A stretch of DNA of 64,000 nt. It comes from Bacteroidales bacterium. GTDB taxonomy: Bacteria; Bacteroidota; Bacteroidia; Bacteroidales; UBA932. A program made the translations under genes and the position numbers. The number at the start of each line of letters is the position of its first letter. Positions within the stretch are counted from its first letter, which is position 1. The stretch is taken from NCBI GenBank assembly GCA_017546605.1, contig JAFYSH010000003.1, forward strand, positions 6,248 to 70,247, in the 5' to 3' direction. This document shows positions 29,884 through 40,721 of this stretch, one piece after another. Under the pieces are notes generated by a model. That model was not told where the DNA came from and made no database searches. It saw nothing but the letters and a program-made list of their open reading frames with translations.

Positions 29884-30699
29884 ATGAACATGATCCTTTA
29901 CCCCAACGCCAAATTGAATTTGGGTTTACGGGTTACAGAAAAGCGACCAGACGGCTTCCATAACTTGGAAACCGTCTTTGTTCCATTTGCTGGTCTGCAG
30001 GATATTTTGGAAATTGCGGAAGCCGATCACTTCTCCTTTTCCGCCTATGGAAAGCCTTATGAGCTGCCGGACAACAACTTGGAAAATGAAATCTGCGTTC
30101 GGGCCTGGAGAATGCTTGAAGCCGACTTCCAACTTCCCCACGTGGCCATTCACCTCTGTAAAAACATTCCCATTGGCGCTGGATTGGGAGGAGGTTCTGC
30201 GGATGGAGCCTTTACACTGATTGGACTGAACAAACTCTTCCAACTCAACCTTTCCACGCAACAGCTGTTAGCCTATGCCGCCCGTTTAGGTAGCGATTGC
30301 CCCTTCTTCGTTCTCAACCAACCGATGTACGGAACCGGACGGGGCGATGAACTGACCGCATTCTCCTCCGACAGCATCGAAGAAGTATTGACGGGAAAGG
30401 CTTATGAGATCCGGCTCATCACGCCAGACATCCATGTCTCAACGCCACAAGCCTATCGGGGCATCACCCCCAGAAGACCCTTCGGCACCCAAAAACCGGC
30501 CGAAGAAAAAGACCTGCGGGAGATCTTATGTCAACCGGTATCCACTTGGGCCGACTCCTTGGAGAATGACTTTGAAAAAACAGTCTTTCAATGCCATCCC
30601 CAATTGGCTCAGCTCAAAAACGACCTATACGAACAAGGAGCCATCTATGCTGCCATGAGCGGCAGTGGTTCCACCTTATTTGGAATCTTCAACAAGTAA
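29884..30699 (+). CDS. ispE: 4-diphosphocytidyl-2-C-methyl-D-erythritol kinase
   Basis: 271 aa. NAKLNLGLRVTEKRPDGFHNLETVF; GHMP motif PIGAGLGGGSADGA. Confidence 0.93.
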   Translation: MNMILYPNAKLNLGLRVTEKRPDGFHNLETVFVPFAGLQDILEIAEADHFSFSAYGKPYELPDNNLENEICVRAWRMLEADFQLPHVAIHLCKNIPIGAGLGGGSADGAFTLIGLNKLFQLNLSTQQLLAYAARLGSDCPFFVLNQPMYGTGRGDELTAFSSDSIEEVLTGKAYEIRLITPDIHVSTPQAYRGITPRRPFGTQKPAEEKDLREILCQPVSTWADSLENDFEKTVFQCHPQLAQLKNDLYEQGAIYAAMSGSGSTLFGIFNK

Positions 30700-30706
30700 C
30701 ACATCT

Positions 30707-31723
30707 ATGAAAAAACTCCTGCTATTCTGGACTCTTCTGCTATGCTCACTGGGCGTTTTCGCACAAGAAGCGGACAGCAATCTTAGGATTCGCTTTGACC
30801 TTCGCTTTGACGGTGTATTCAACACCTACCTGAACAATGACACCCCCAATGAAACAGGTTTTGAAGGCCGCTATTTTAAACTCTTGATCGACGGCAAGAT
30901 CGATGAAAAATTCTCCTACAGCATGCGCCAACGGCTCTACAAAGACAATGCTTTCCCGAGCAGCTTTTTTGGTGCAACTGATTGGGCTTACCTTTCCTAC
31001 CAGTTCCATCCGAACTGGAATATCTCCGCCGGAAAACAAGTCGTACTGATCGGTGGCTACGAATACGATCGCGCCCCGATTGACGTCTATTTCTGGTCGG
31101 AATTCTGGAACAACGTAAATCCGTTCCAAATCGGAGCCAGCATAGGCTATACCTCCCCGGACAAACGCCACAACATCACAGCTCAGGTGACCAACTCTCC
31201 GTTCTTCACAGAAACGTTGAGCAACTGCTTTGCCTATAACTTGATCTGGTACGGTAATATGGGCAATTTCAAAACCATTTACTCCTACAATGCCATCGAG
31301 TACAAGGACAATCACTTCATCCACTACCTGGCTCTGGGTAACCAATGGACTCAAAACTGGTTCTGCTGGGAACTGGACTACATGAACCGAGCTTCCGCCA
31401 AGCAAGACAACCCCTTTGCCGACTTCTCCATCATCAGCCGGATGAACTTTGACATCAACAGCAAAACACGCCTGTTTGTCAAAGGAGGATACGACCAAAA
31501 CAAGGCTCAAAAGGCAGGGACACTCAATGCCTTCACCTACGACCTCTATGTAAAACCGGGTGTTGAATACTACTACTATGGAGGTGGTATTGAGCTCTAT
31601 CCGATTGAACGCTTGAAAAAGACATTGCGTCTGCACGCTTTTGTTTACACCAATAACCGGGACCCGCAACCGATTTCATTCAACATCGGTATTCGCTGGC
31701 AAATGAATGTGTTGAACAAATAA
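30707..31723 (+). CDS. Outer-membrane beta-barrel porin (phosphate-selective porin O/P-like)
   Basis: 338 aa from ATG 30707 (the track start 30665 lies inside ispE). Signal peptide MKKLLLFWTLLLCSLGVFAQ, then alternating beta-strand pattern. Confidence 0.75.
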   Translation: MKKLLLFWTLLLCSLGVFAQEADSNLRIRFDLRFDGVFNTYLNNDTPNETGFEGRYFKLLIDGKIDEKFSYSMRQRLYKDNAFPSSFFGATDWAYLSYQFHPNWNISAGKQVVLIGGYEYDRAPIDVYFWSEFWNNVNPFQIGASIGYTSPDKRHNITAQVTNSPFFTETLSNCFAYNLIWYGNMGNFKTIYSYNAIEYKDNHFIHYLALGNQWTQNWFCWELDYMNRASAKQDNPFADFSIISRMNFDINSKTRLFVKGGYDQNKAQKAGTLNAFTYDLYVKPGVEYYYYGGGIELYPIERLKKTLRLHAFVYTNNRDPQPISFNIGIRWQMNVLNK

Positions 31724-31742
31724 ATTCTAATTAATCATACCT

Positions 31743-32879
31743 ATGAGCAAACTTAAATTCTTGACCAAAAGAAGAATTGAGGCGGCCATCTTTCTCCTCA
31801 TCTTCTTCGGATTCTTCGGTGGAGTCGGTCGGATCATGGGAGTTCCCAACATGATGAACACCTTGATGAAGACTTCACACGACCTTCTCTTGAACACGGT
31901 ATTCTACTTGATGGGAATTACCGTACTGACAGGAGCTTTGTCCAAACTCTTTGTAGAATTTGGAGTGGTTCGTCTGTTGGAAACCCTGCTTCGTCCCTTG
32001 ATGAAACCCTTGTACAACCTCCCGGGTGTTGCGGCGTTGGGCGGTGTTATGACGTTCTTGTCAGACAACCCGGCCATCATCAGTTTGTCCAAAGACTCCA
32101 ACTTCAGCCACTACTTCAAGAAATACCAATTGATTTCCTTGACCAACTTCGGTACAGCATTCGGTATGGGACTGGTTGTTATCGTCTTTATGGCAAGTAT
32201 GGGCTATGGTACGGCTGCAATTGTTGGTCTGATCGGCTCCTTTGCTGGAAGTATCGTTTCCACCCGCTTGATGCAAAGATCCCTCCTGAAAAACCATCCT
32301 GAACTCAATGATGAGGTTCAAGGCGGAAACGAACAGGAAATTTCCTTCAAATCAGAAGGCAATGTTTTCCTTCGGGTATTGAACTCCCTGCTGGACGGTG
32401 GCAAATCCGGTGTTGAACTTGGTTTGGCCATTATCCCGGGCGTATTGATCATCTCCTCTGTTGTGATGATGTTGACCTTCGGTGCCGGAGCAAACGGTTA
32501 CGACGGTTCTGCGTACCAAGGTGTAGGTCTGTTGCCCTACCTTGCTGCCAAAGTTGACTTCATCTTCAAATGGCTGTTCGGCTTTACCAATCCGGAATTG
32601 ATCGCCTTCCCGATCACCTCGTTAGGAGCCGTGGGAGCTGCACTGAGTTTGGTTCCCAAATTCCAAGCATCCGGTTTGATTGATGGCAATGCCATTGCCG
32701 TATTCACCGCAATGGGTATGTGTTGGAGCGGTTACCTGAGTACCCACACTGCGATGATGGACTCACTCGGATTCCGTCATCTTACCTCCAAAGCAATTGT
32801 TGCCCATACCATCGGTGGCTTGGTTGCAGGTATCGTTGCACACTGGGCTTATGTGCTCTATGCACTGGCGCTGTTGTAA
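31743..32879 (+). CDS. Polytopic inner-membrane protein with a nucleoside-recognition (Gate)-type segment; substrate unknown
   Basis: 378 aa. LLRPLMKPLYNLPGVAALGGVMTFLSDNPAII resembles Gate-domain motifs of SpmA/FeoB-type proteins. The CDS is solid; the function is tentative. Confidence 0.6.
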   Translation: MSKLKFLTKRRIEAAIFLLIFFGFFGGVGRIMGVPNMMNTLMKTSHDLLLNTVFYLMGITVLTGALSKLFVEFGVVRLLETLLRPLMKPLYNLPGVAALGGVMTFLSDNPAIISLSKDSNFSHYFKKYQLISLTNFGTAFGMGLVVIVFMASMGYGTAAIVGLIGSFAGSIVSTRLMQRSLLKNHPELNDEVQGGNEQEISFKSEGNVFLRVLNSLLDGGKSGVELGLAIIPGVLIISSVVMMLTFGAGANGYDGSAYQGVGLLPYLAAKVDFIFKWLFGFTNPELIAFPITSLGAVGAALSLVPKFQASGLIDGNAIAVFTAMGMCWSGYLSTHTAMMDSLGFRHLTSKAIVAHTIGGLVAGIVAHWAYVLYALALL

Positions 32880-32899
32880 TCCATACCGCTAGAATACAC

Positions 32900-32934
32900 A
32901 GAGAGGGGAGCATTTCGTTCCCCTCTCTTTTTTT
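32900..32934 (+). terminator. Rho-independent terminator after the Gate-domain gene, shared with the convergent peptidase gene
   Basis: AGAGAGGGGA (32900-32909) / TCCCCTCTCT (32919-32928), perfect 10-bp stem, followed by T6. Confidence 0.85.
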
Positions 32935-34225
32935 AGTCTTGCAACCAACGCTGTATCAAATCCTTGATTTCTGTCTGGGTGGCTTCATCAAAGGAAGCGA
33001 TTTTGGCCCCATGGCTCGCCTGTGGAGCGATATAGATCCGGATATTTTCTCGACCAAAATCAGGCACCCTAACAGCCGACCAAGGATCGTATTCCCCATA
33101 AATAAAAATCATCTGCGCTTGTCCATTTTGCAAGAAATCCATCAAATAATCATAAAGCGAGGGATCAAACGACAAATCCAAGCCCTTTGGGATAAACAGA
33201 TCGTGCAAATAACCTGCAGTAGAAGTATGATCCGAATAAGCTCGGAAGGGTTCCAAATTGTAGCCATAATAGCCCAATTCCTTTGCTGCCTGGATAAAAA
33301 ACGGGGTGGTTGTACTTTCATGGACAAAATAGCCTGGATCTGAAATTTGCACAAAACAATTGAACAAATCCCGATTGCTTGCATCCAACGCCGACAAGGC
33401 ATCCATTGTGTAACCCATTTGCCAGAACGCAAAGGGAAACTCCAGAACCGCATAATCATAGATCGAGCGGATGGGTAGGGAAAAGGCATAGTGGTTGGCC
33501 TGACACAAGGAATCAAAAGGAGCCAGCAACGCCTCTTTCCGTTTTAAGATCTCTATTTGCAACTGCTGAATATACTGACGCTGGGGCAGTGTTCCCACCG
33601 AATCCGCCAGAAACGGTTCATGCCGGCCATCTTCCGTGGAACGGCAAAGGGGGCCAACATAGGGCACCGCCAAATCCATATCATTCGGATAATGTGCGGT
33701 ATAGATCAAGGTATTGTGTCCTCCTTTACTTGCCCCTGTCGCGATCCAAGAACCGGTGTATAGGGCTTTAAACGCTTCTACGATGGCATGCAAATCGTGA
33801 GCCTCATTGTGTCCATTGAAATGCGCCCAATCACAAGGATCCGGAACCGACTCCAGAAAATAGCGGTGTTCCACCACCAAAATGTTGGCGCCCAACAATT
33901 CAGACAGCTCGTTCCGATAATGCGGATTCAGCGCATAATGGGCACCATAACCTTCGGTGACCAGCACCGTCGGACAATCATAACCCCGGTGACAAACAAA
34001 GACCCGTTGCTGGAACGTACCCTGCTCCGGTTGGTGCGGGTTGACCGGTTGGGTAAAACGGACCAAATACTTTTCCTGGAAGTGAGTCGTTTCAAGAACC
34101 TTCACTTCTGCCGCCTGGGGCAAAGCTTCAAGGCGATGGGCAAGTGATTGAGCCTTAAGTACCGGCATCATCCCAAGACAAATTAGACACAAAGACAGCA
34201 GTCGTTTTATCTTCATACGAATCAT
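32933..34225 (-). CDS. Secreted alpha/beta-hydrolase serine peptidase (S37 PS-10 / S28-like)
   Basis: 430 aa. Signal peptide, VVEHRYFLESVP, nucleophile elbow WIATGASKGG. Alternative start at the second Met (34216). Confidence 0.75.
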   Translation of the reverse strand: MIRMKIKRLLSLCLICLGMMPVLKAQSLAHRLEALPQAAEVKVLETTHFQEKYLVRFTQPVNPHQPEQGTFQQRVFVCHRGYDCPTVLVTEGYGAHYALNPHYRNELSELLGANILVVEHRYFLESVPDPCDWAHFNGHNEAHDLHAIVEAFKALYTGSWIATGASKGGHNTLIYTAHYPNDMDLAVPYVGPLCRSTEDGRHEPFLADSVGTLPQRQYIQQLQIEILKRKEALLAPFDSLCQANHYAFSLPIRSIYDYAVLEFPFAFWQMGYTMDALSALDASNRDLFNCFVQISDPGYFVHESTTTPFFIQAAKELGYYGYNLEPFRAYSDHTSTAGYLHDLFIPKGLDLSFDPSLYDYLMDFLQNGQAQMIFIYGEYDPWSAVRVPDFGRENIRIYIAPQASHGAKIASFDEATQTEIKDLIQRWLQD

Positions 34226-34239
34226 TTTTATGTTACAAA

Positions 34240-34247
34240 CAAAAGTA
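34240..34247 (-). promoter_or_regulatory. -7 box (TACTTTTG) for the peptidase gene
   Basis: Plus strand caaaagta; 14 nt upstream of ATG 34225. Confidence 0.5.
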
Positions 34248-34260
34248 ACAAAATATTGCG

Positions 34261-34268
34261 TATTTTTG
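34261..34268 (+). promoter_or_regulatory. -7 box (TATTTTTG) for tyrS-rbfA-lolE-like
   Basis: Exact motif, 27 nt upstream of ATG 34296. Confidence 0.55.
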
Positions 34269-34295
34269 CGTATTGATTAAAACAGACTACTACTG

Positions 34296-35588
34296 ATGAA
34301 AAACTTTGTAGAAGAATTACAGTGGCGGGGTATGATTCACGATATCATGCCCGGAACAGAAGAGTTATTGAACAAAGAAATGGTTTCTGCGTATGTGGGC
34401 ATTGACCCGACCGCAGATTCACTCCATATCGGCCACTTGGTCAGCATTATGATCCTCAAACATTTCCAACAATGTGGCCACAAACCCTACTCCTTGATTG
34501 GCGGTGCTACCGGTATGATTGGAGACCCTTCCATGAAATCGGCTGAACGGAACCTATTGGATGAAGAAACCCTTCGTCACAATCAGGCAGCCATCAAAGC
34601 TCAACTCTCCAAATTCCTGGACTTTGACAGTGATGCACCGAATGCTGCCGTATTGGTGAATAACTACGATTGGATGAAGGACTTTTCGTTCCTCGCGTTC
34701 ATCCGTGATATTGGCAAGCACATTACCGTCAACTACATGATGAGCAAGGACTCCGTCAAGAAGCGTCTTTCTGGCGAAGCACGTGAAGGTATGTCATTCA
34801 CCGAGTTTACCTATCAATTGGTACAAGGATACGACTTCCTCTATTTGTACGAACACTGTGGCTGCAAATTGCAAATGGGCGGTAGCGACCAATGGGGCAA
34901 CATCACCACAGGAACAGAATTGATCCGCCGCAAACTGGGTGGCGAAGCATTTGCGTTGACCTGCCCGCTGATTACCAAAGCGGACGGTGGAAAATTCGGA
35001 AAAACCGAAAAAGGCAACATATGGTTGGATGCCCGCTATACCTCACCCTACACATTCTACCAATTCTGGCTCAATGTAAGCGATGCCGATGCAGAACGCT
35101 ACATCAAGATTTTCACGATGCTTTCACGGGAAGAGATTGAGGCAGCTGTCGCAGAACACCAAACAGCTCCGCACTTGAGAAACTTGCAAAAACTGTTGGC
35201 GCGTGAAGTAACCATCATGGTACACGGTCAGGAAGAATTTGAAAAGGCAGAAGGTGCTTCACAAATCCTCTTCGGTGGAAAAGCGGATCCCGCAGCCCTG
35301 AAAGCCCTGGATGAACAAACATTCTTGTCCGTATTTGAAGGTGTTCCGCAATTTGAAATCAGCAAAGAACACTTGTCGGACAACCTGTTGGATGTGCTGG
35401 CTGTTCAAAGTGGAGTTTTCCCGTCCAAAGGCGAATGCCGCAAAATGATTCAAGCAGGCGGACTCTCCATCAACAAAGAAAAATGCACCTCATTGGAACA
35501 AATCCTCCACGAGAATGACTTGATTCAAGGTCAATGGGTACTGATCCAAAAAGGTAAAAAGAATTACTACCTATTAAAATTCGTATAA
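34296..35588 (+). CDS. tyrS: Tyrosine--tRNA ligase
   Basis: 430 aa. HIGH motif (SLHIGHL), KMSKS-type KFGKT, C-terminal S4-like domain. Confidence 0.96.
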   Translation: MKNFVEELQWRGMIHDIMPGTEELLNKEMVSAYVGIDPTADSLHIGHLVSIMILKHFQQCGHKPYSLIGGATGMIGDPSMKSAERNLLDEETLRHNQAAIKAQLSKFLDFDSDAPNAAVLVNNYDWMKDFSFLAFIRDIGKHITVNYMMSKDSVKKRLSGEAREGMSFTEFTYQLVQGYDFLYLYEHCGCKLQMGGSDQWGNITTGTELIRRKLGGEAFALTCPLITKADGGKFGKTEKGNIWLDARYTSPYTFYQFWLNVSDADAERYIKIFTMLSREEIEAAVAEHQTAPHLRNLQKLLAREVTIMVHGQEEFEKAEGASQILFGGKADPAALKALDEQTFLSVFEGVPQFEISKEHLSDNLLDVLAVQSGVFPSKGECRKMIQAGGLSINKEKCTSLEQILHENDLIQGQWVLIQKGKKNYYLLKFV

Positions 35589-35932
35589 TGGAAGGACAAA
35601 GCACCCGCCAACTCAAAGTTGCCCGCCAATTGCAGCGGGACTTGGCTGAGATTCTTCGTTCCAAAGGCATGGCTGCCTTTGGCGGCGCCCTGGTTACCGT
35701 CAGCGAAGTACGCATCAGCCCCGACCTGGCTGTTGCCAAGGTATTTGTCAGCATCTTTCCCTCCAACAAAGGCCAAGAAGTCTTGCGCATGATTGAAGAG
35801 CAAAACAAAGCCATTCGTGGTGAATTGGGTCGTTTGGTTGCTAAACAACTGCGCATTGTCCCTGAACTGATCTTTGCCTTGGATGCGTCCTTGGATTACG
35901 TAGAGCACATTGATGAATTGTTGAAGAAGTGA
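35588..35932 (+). CDS. rbfA: Ribosome-binding factor A
   Basis: 114 aa. RQLKVARQLQRDLAEIL...VTVSEVRISPDLAVAKVFVS. Confidence 0.92.
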   Translation: MEGQSTRQLKVARQLQRDLAEILRSKGMAAFGGALVTVSEVRISPDLAVAKVFVSIFPSNKGQEVLRMIEEQNKAIRGELGRLVAKQLRIVPELIFALDASLDYVEHIDELLKK

Positions 35933-37143
35933 GGTTTCCGCTGTTCATAGCCCGTCGCTATCTGTTTGCTAAGAAATCCCACCACATCATCAACACCATT
36001 TCGATGATCAGTGCGGTCGGTATCGCTATCGGTACTGCTGCACTGATCATTGTCTTATCGGTCTATAATGGATTTGGCCGCGTGGTCGAGCAAATGTACC
36101 GCCAGGTGGATGCCGATCTGCGCATTGAATCCTCCCATAGCAAAACCTTCACCTACGATCCCGACCAAGCTACCCTCTGGGCAGAATTGGCCGAGGATGA
36201 ACGTGTAGCAGCCATCTGTCCGATTCTGGAAGAACACGTTTTTGTCCGCTATGACGGCCAACAGACGGTTGCCGTTGCCAAGGGAGTCGATCGCACCTAT
36301 GAGACACGCACACAACTGGTCGGACAACTTGTAGAAGGCGACTTTGAACTCTATCATGGCGAAATTCCTCAAGCAGTCGTCGGAAGAGGCATTGCCCGAA
36401 AACTTGGCATCATGGTTCGCTTTTTGGATCCACTAGAACTGTATTACCCCGACCCCAACCGATCCGTTTCCCTAATGAATCCGGGCGCCTCCCTGCGCAA
36501 CGAGTCCTTCTTTGTCGTTGGAAAGGTAGCCTTGGAACAACAGTTTGACCACACCTACATCTTTGTCCCCCTTCAACAATTACAAGAACTGGTAGCCAAG
36601 CCCCATAACGCTGTTTCTTCGCTGGAAATTCATCTCCAACCGGGCGTTGACATTCCTGCCTTTCAGAAAGAGTATGCCCAACGTTTGGGTGAAGCCTACC
36701 GCCTGTTGGACCGCTACCAACAAAACGAAACCGTTTATCAGATGATGACCTACGAAAAAGTGGCCATCTACCTGATTTTCTTCTTCATCATCCTCATTGT
36801 CGCCTGCAACATTTTCGGTTCGCTGGCCATGCTGATCCTCGAGAAAAAAGATGACATCTGCACCTTCCAGGCCCTGGGTGCTTCGGAGAAAACCATCCGG
36901 CAGATCTTTTTGGGAGAAGGCATCCTGATAACCGGCATAGGGACTTTGGTGGGCCTGGTTCTGGGACTAATCCTGAGTTGGATACAACAAGCCTTCGGCA
37001 TCATCCAAATGCCTGGTAACTTTCTGGTACAGGCCTACCCTGTAGAAGTCCATTTGTGGGATATCTGTCTGGTTAGCGTGGGCGTTTTTCTCATTTCTTC
37101 ACTATTGGCAGCATTGCCCATTTATGGCAAACGCCTCACCTAG
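35929..37143 (+). CDS. FtsX-like ABC transporter permease (LolC/E family)
   Basis: 404 aa. FIARRYLFAKKSHHIINTISMISAVGIAIGTAALIIVLSVYNGF; large periplasmic loop; C-terminal FtsX TM bundle. GTG start overlaps the rbfA stop. Confidence 0.88.
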   Translation: MRFPLFIARRYLFAKKSHHIINTISMISAVGIAIGTAALIIVLSVYNGFGRVVEQMYRQVDADLRIESSHSKTFTYDPDQATLWAELAEDERVAAICPILEEHVFVRYDGQQTVAVAKGVDRTYETRTQLVGQLVEGDFELYHGEIPQAVVGRGIARKLGIMVRFLDPLELYYPDPNRSVSLMNPGASLRNESFFVVGKVALEQQFDHTYIFVPLQQLQELVAKPHNAVSSLEIHLQPGVDIPAFQKEYAQRLGEAYRLLDRYQQNETVYQMMTYEKVAIYLIFFFIILIVACNIFGSLAMLILEKKDDICTFQALGASEKTIRQIFLGEGILITGIGTLVGLVLGLILSWIQQAFGIIQMPGNFLVQAYPVEVHLWDICLVSVGVFLISSLLAALPIYGKRLT

Positions 37144-37227
37144 TCTTCGCTCACTCTGCTGCTAGCTGGAGTTTGACCAACAATCGAAGCAAAGGTAATT
37201 GGTGGTTGGCTACTCATTTTAAACAAA

Positions 37228-37261
37228 ATAAGCGGATGAATGAATCTCATCCGCTTATTTT
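37228..37261. terminator. Bidirectional rho-independent terminator between the lolE-like gene and groEL
   Basis: ATAAGCGGATGA (37228-37239) / TCATCCGCTTAT (37247-37258), perfect 12-bp stem, 7-nt loop, A-rich on the left and T-rich on the right. Confidence 0.88.
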
Positions 37262-37281
37262 ATGACTTGTCCTGTGATTGA

Positions 37282-38919
<1,638 letters not shown>

Positions 38920-38948
38920 TTAATTTAAATTGATTTGGGTGAATGTGA

Positions 38949-39221
38949 TTATTGCAGAACAGCTAATACATCACTTTGACGCATCATCAAATATTTTACG
39001 CCTTCGTGTGAAATTTCAGTACCGGCATATTTACCGTAAAGCACGTTGTCTCCGACTTTCAACTCCATCGGCTCATCTTGCTTGCCGTTACCAACAGCTA
39101 CAACAACTCCTTGTTGAGGTTTTTCTTTGGCTGTGTCGGGGATGTACAATCCGGCAGCGGTTTTGGTTTCAGCCTCTTTGGGCTCGATCAGCACTCTGTC
39201 TGCTAAAGGTTTGATGTTCAT
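38949..39221 (-). CDS. groS: Co-chaperonin GroES
   Basis: 90 aa. [14 protein letters not shown]...; immediately upstream of groEL. Confidence 0.98.
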   Translation of the reverse strand: MNIKPLADRVLIEPKEAETKTAAGLYIPDTAKEKPQQGVVVAVGNGKQDEPMELKVGDNVLYGKYAGTEISHEGVKYLMMRQSDVLAVLQ

Positions 39222-39335
39222 AATACGAGTATTTTATTTGTTTCTGTTTTCAAAAGATCATCCCAAATAAAACAAATTGAGTGCCAAATTGTATTTCTGT
39301 CAATTTGTCACTATATTCGCAAAAATTATAATTTA

Positions 39336-40715
39336 ATGAGTTTATTTTACATTATGCCAATCGTCTTCCTGATTGGTGTCATCATGATTGCCTTGGAAGA
39401 TGTCATTCGTATCAACAAGGCCGCCACGGCTGTTGGAATGTGCATTTTATTATGGGTAATGTTCCTGTTGGATGCCACGGGCATCTTTTCGGCCCATAAA
39501 CCCGAGTTTATGGTAAAATTCATTGATGCATTTCCCCATTTTGCGAGTCTATCTACCGCCGAGCAAGCCTTCCGATACATTGAGTTTTCAATGACCGAGG
39601 CCCTTGGGGATGTTTCTACCACCCTTTTCTTTGTGCTCGGATCAATGGTCATTATTGAGGTATTGGATTCTCATGGAGCCTTTGGCATTCTGTCCCACTC
39701 CATCAAGACCACTGCAAAACGGAAATTGCTTTGGATTTTGTCATTCATCACGTTCTTCCTATCCATGCTGCTCGGAAACTTGGCCACCATCATCATCATG
39801 ATTGCGGTGATGCGCAAATTAATGGCCAACAAAGAAGACCGGATCTTATTTGCCTGCATGGGAATCATCGCGGCCAATGCCGGTGGATCCTGCTCTCCAA
39901 TTGGAGACGTCACCACCTTGCTCCTATGGACGGGCGGCAACTTGACAGCTTCACATCAGATCAGCCACATCTTTTTGCCTTGTCTGACCACCTTGGTGGC
40001 TCCCTTAACGGTGTTGACCTTTACAATTGCAAAAGATGCACACATTCAGGTTCCGCAACAAACTGAAAGCAACACATTACCGGAAGATATCACCCCGAAA
40101 TTCCAGAAGACCTTGCTTTTCATCGGCTTGGCTACCTTGGCTATGGTGCCGGTCTTCCAATCCCTGATCGGACTTCCTCCTTTTATGGGCGTATTGCTGG
40201 GTGTAGTTGTTCTTTGGAGCATTACTGATCTTCGCTATGCAAAATTCAAGGACAAGAACCACCAACATCTCAAGATCTCGAACTTGTTTGCCCGAATTGA
40301 CTTGGCTACGATTTTGTTCTTCCTGGGCATCCTGATGTCCGTAAACGCGCTGAATGCCTCAGGATTCCTTACTACGATGTCCGGAACCATGACACGAATT
40401 TTGCCGGAGCCCAATAGCATTGCTGCCGTGTTGGGCATCTGCTCTTCTTTCTTGGACAACGTTGCATTGGTAGCGGCTGCCATGGGAATGTATCCGATTG
40501 CAGACGCCGGAGTCTTTGCTTCCAACGGAACATTCTGGACATTCCTGGCTTACTGCGCAGTAACGGGTGGTAGCATCTTAATCATCGGATCCGCAACAGG
40601 CGTCACCGCGATGGGCATGGAAAAGATTTCATTCGGCTATTATTTGAAGAAATTCACACCGCTGGCCTTCTTGGGATTTGCCGTCGGTGCCGCTGTATTC
40701 CTGCTCTTATTTTAA
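39336..40715 (+). CDS. NhaD / ArsB-superfamily Na+/H+ antiporter-like permease
   Basis: 459 aa, about 12 TM. N-terminus IMPIVFLIGVIMIALEDVIRINKAATAV is typical of NhaD-type permeases. Confidence 0.8.
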   Translation: MSLFYIMPIVFLIGVIMIALEDVIRINKAATAVGMCILLWVMFLLDATGIFSAHKPEFMVKFIDAFPHFASLSTAEQAFRYIEFSMTEALGDVSTTLFFVLGSMVIIEVLDSHGAFGILSHSIKTTAKRKLLWILSFITFFLSMLLGNLATIIIMIAVMRKLMANKEDRILFACMGIIAANAGGSCSPIGDVTTLLLWTGGNLTASHQISHIFLPCLTTLVAPLTVLTFTIAKDAHIQVPQQTESNTLPEDITPKFQKTLLFIGLATLAMVPVFQSLIGLPPFMGVLLGVVVLWSITDLRYAKFKDKNHQHLKISNLFARIDLATILFFLGILMSVNALNASGFLTTMSGTMTRILPEPNSIAAVLGICSSFLDNVALVAAAMGMYPIADAGVFASNGTFWTFLAYCAVTGGSILIIGSATGVTAMGMEKISFGYYLKKFTPLAFLGFAVGAAVFLLLF

Positions 40716-40721
40716 GCAATT

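Noticed and set aside
30746-31669. 307-aa minus-strand ORF inside the porin gene. Similar cases are 42308-43195 (sialidase), 19942-20730 (dnaE), 29171-29848 (nrdJ), 49038-49733 (uvrC), 45178-45876 (Na/Pi), 51492-52127 (OlsF-like) and 56444-57025 (DUF2723).
   Set aside because: All are antisense or off-frame shadows of confidently identified genes. None has a signal, motif or promoter of its own.
34226-34295. Possible T-box or other leader upstream of tyrS.
   Set aside because: The spacer is 70 nt and holds two divergent promoter boxes. That leaves about 27 nt of leader, which is no room for a T-box, and T-boxes are not a Bacteroidetes feature.
37140-37217. 25-codon ORF (MSSQPPITFASIVGQTPASSRVSED) in the lolE-like/groEL spacer as a real small protein.
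   Set aside because: It lies downstream of the groEL terminator with no promoter box upstream of its ATG. It has no hydrophobic or Cys pattern typical of small proteins, and it overlaps the lolE-like stop. This is most likely chance.
39279-39287. CIRCE (HrcA operator) upstream of groES: GAGTGCCAA matches the GAGTGCTAA half-site 8/9.
   Set aside because: The partner half-site TTAGCACTC, expected 9 nt away (39261-39269, tcccaaata), is absent, so there is no inverted repeat. The match overlaps the TGGCAC discussed as sigma-54-like.
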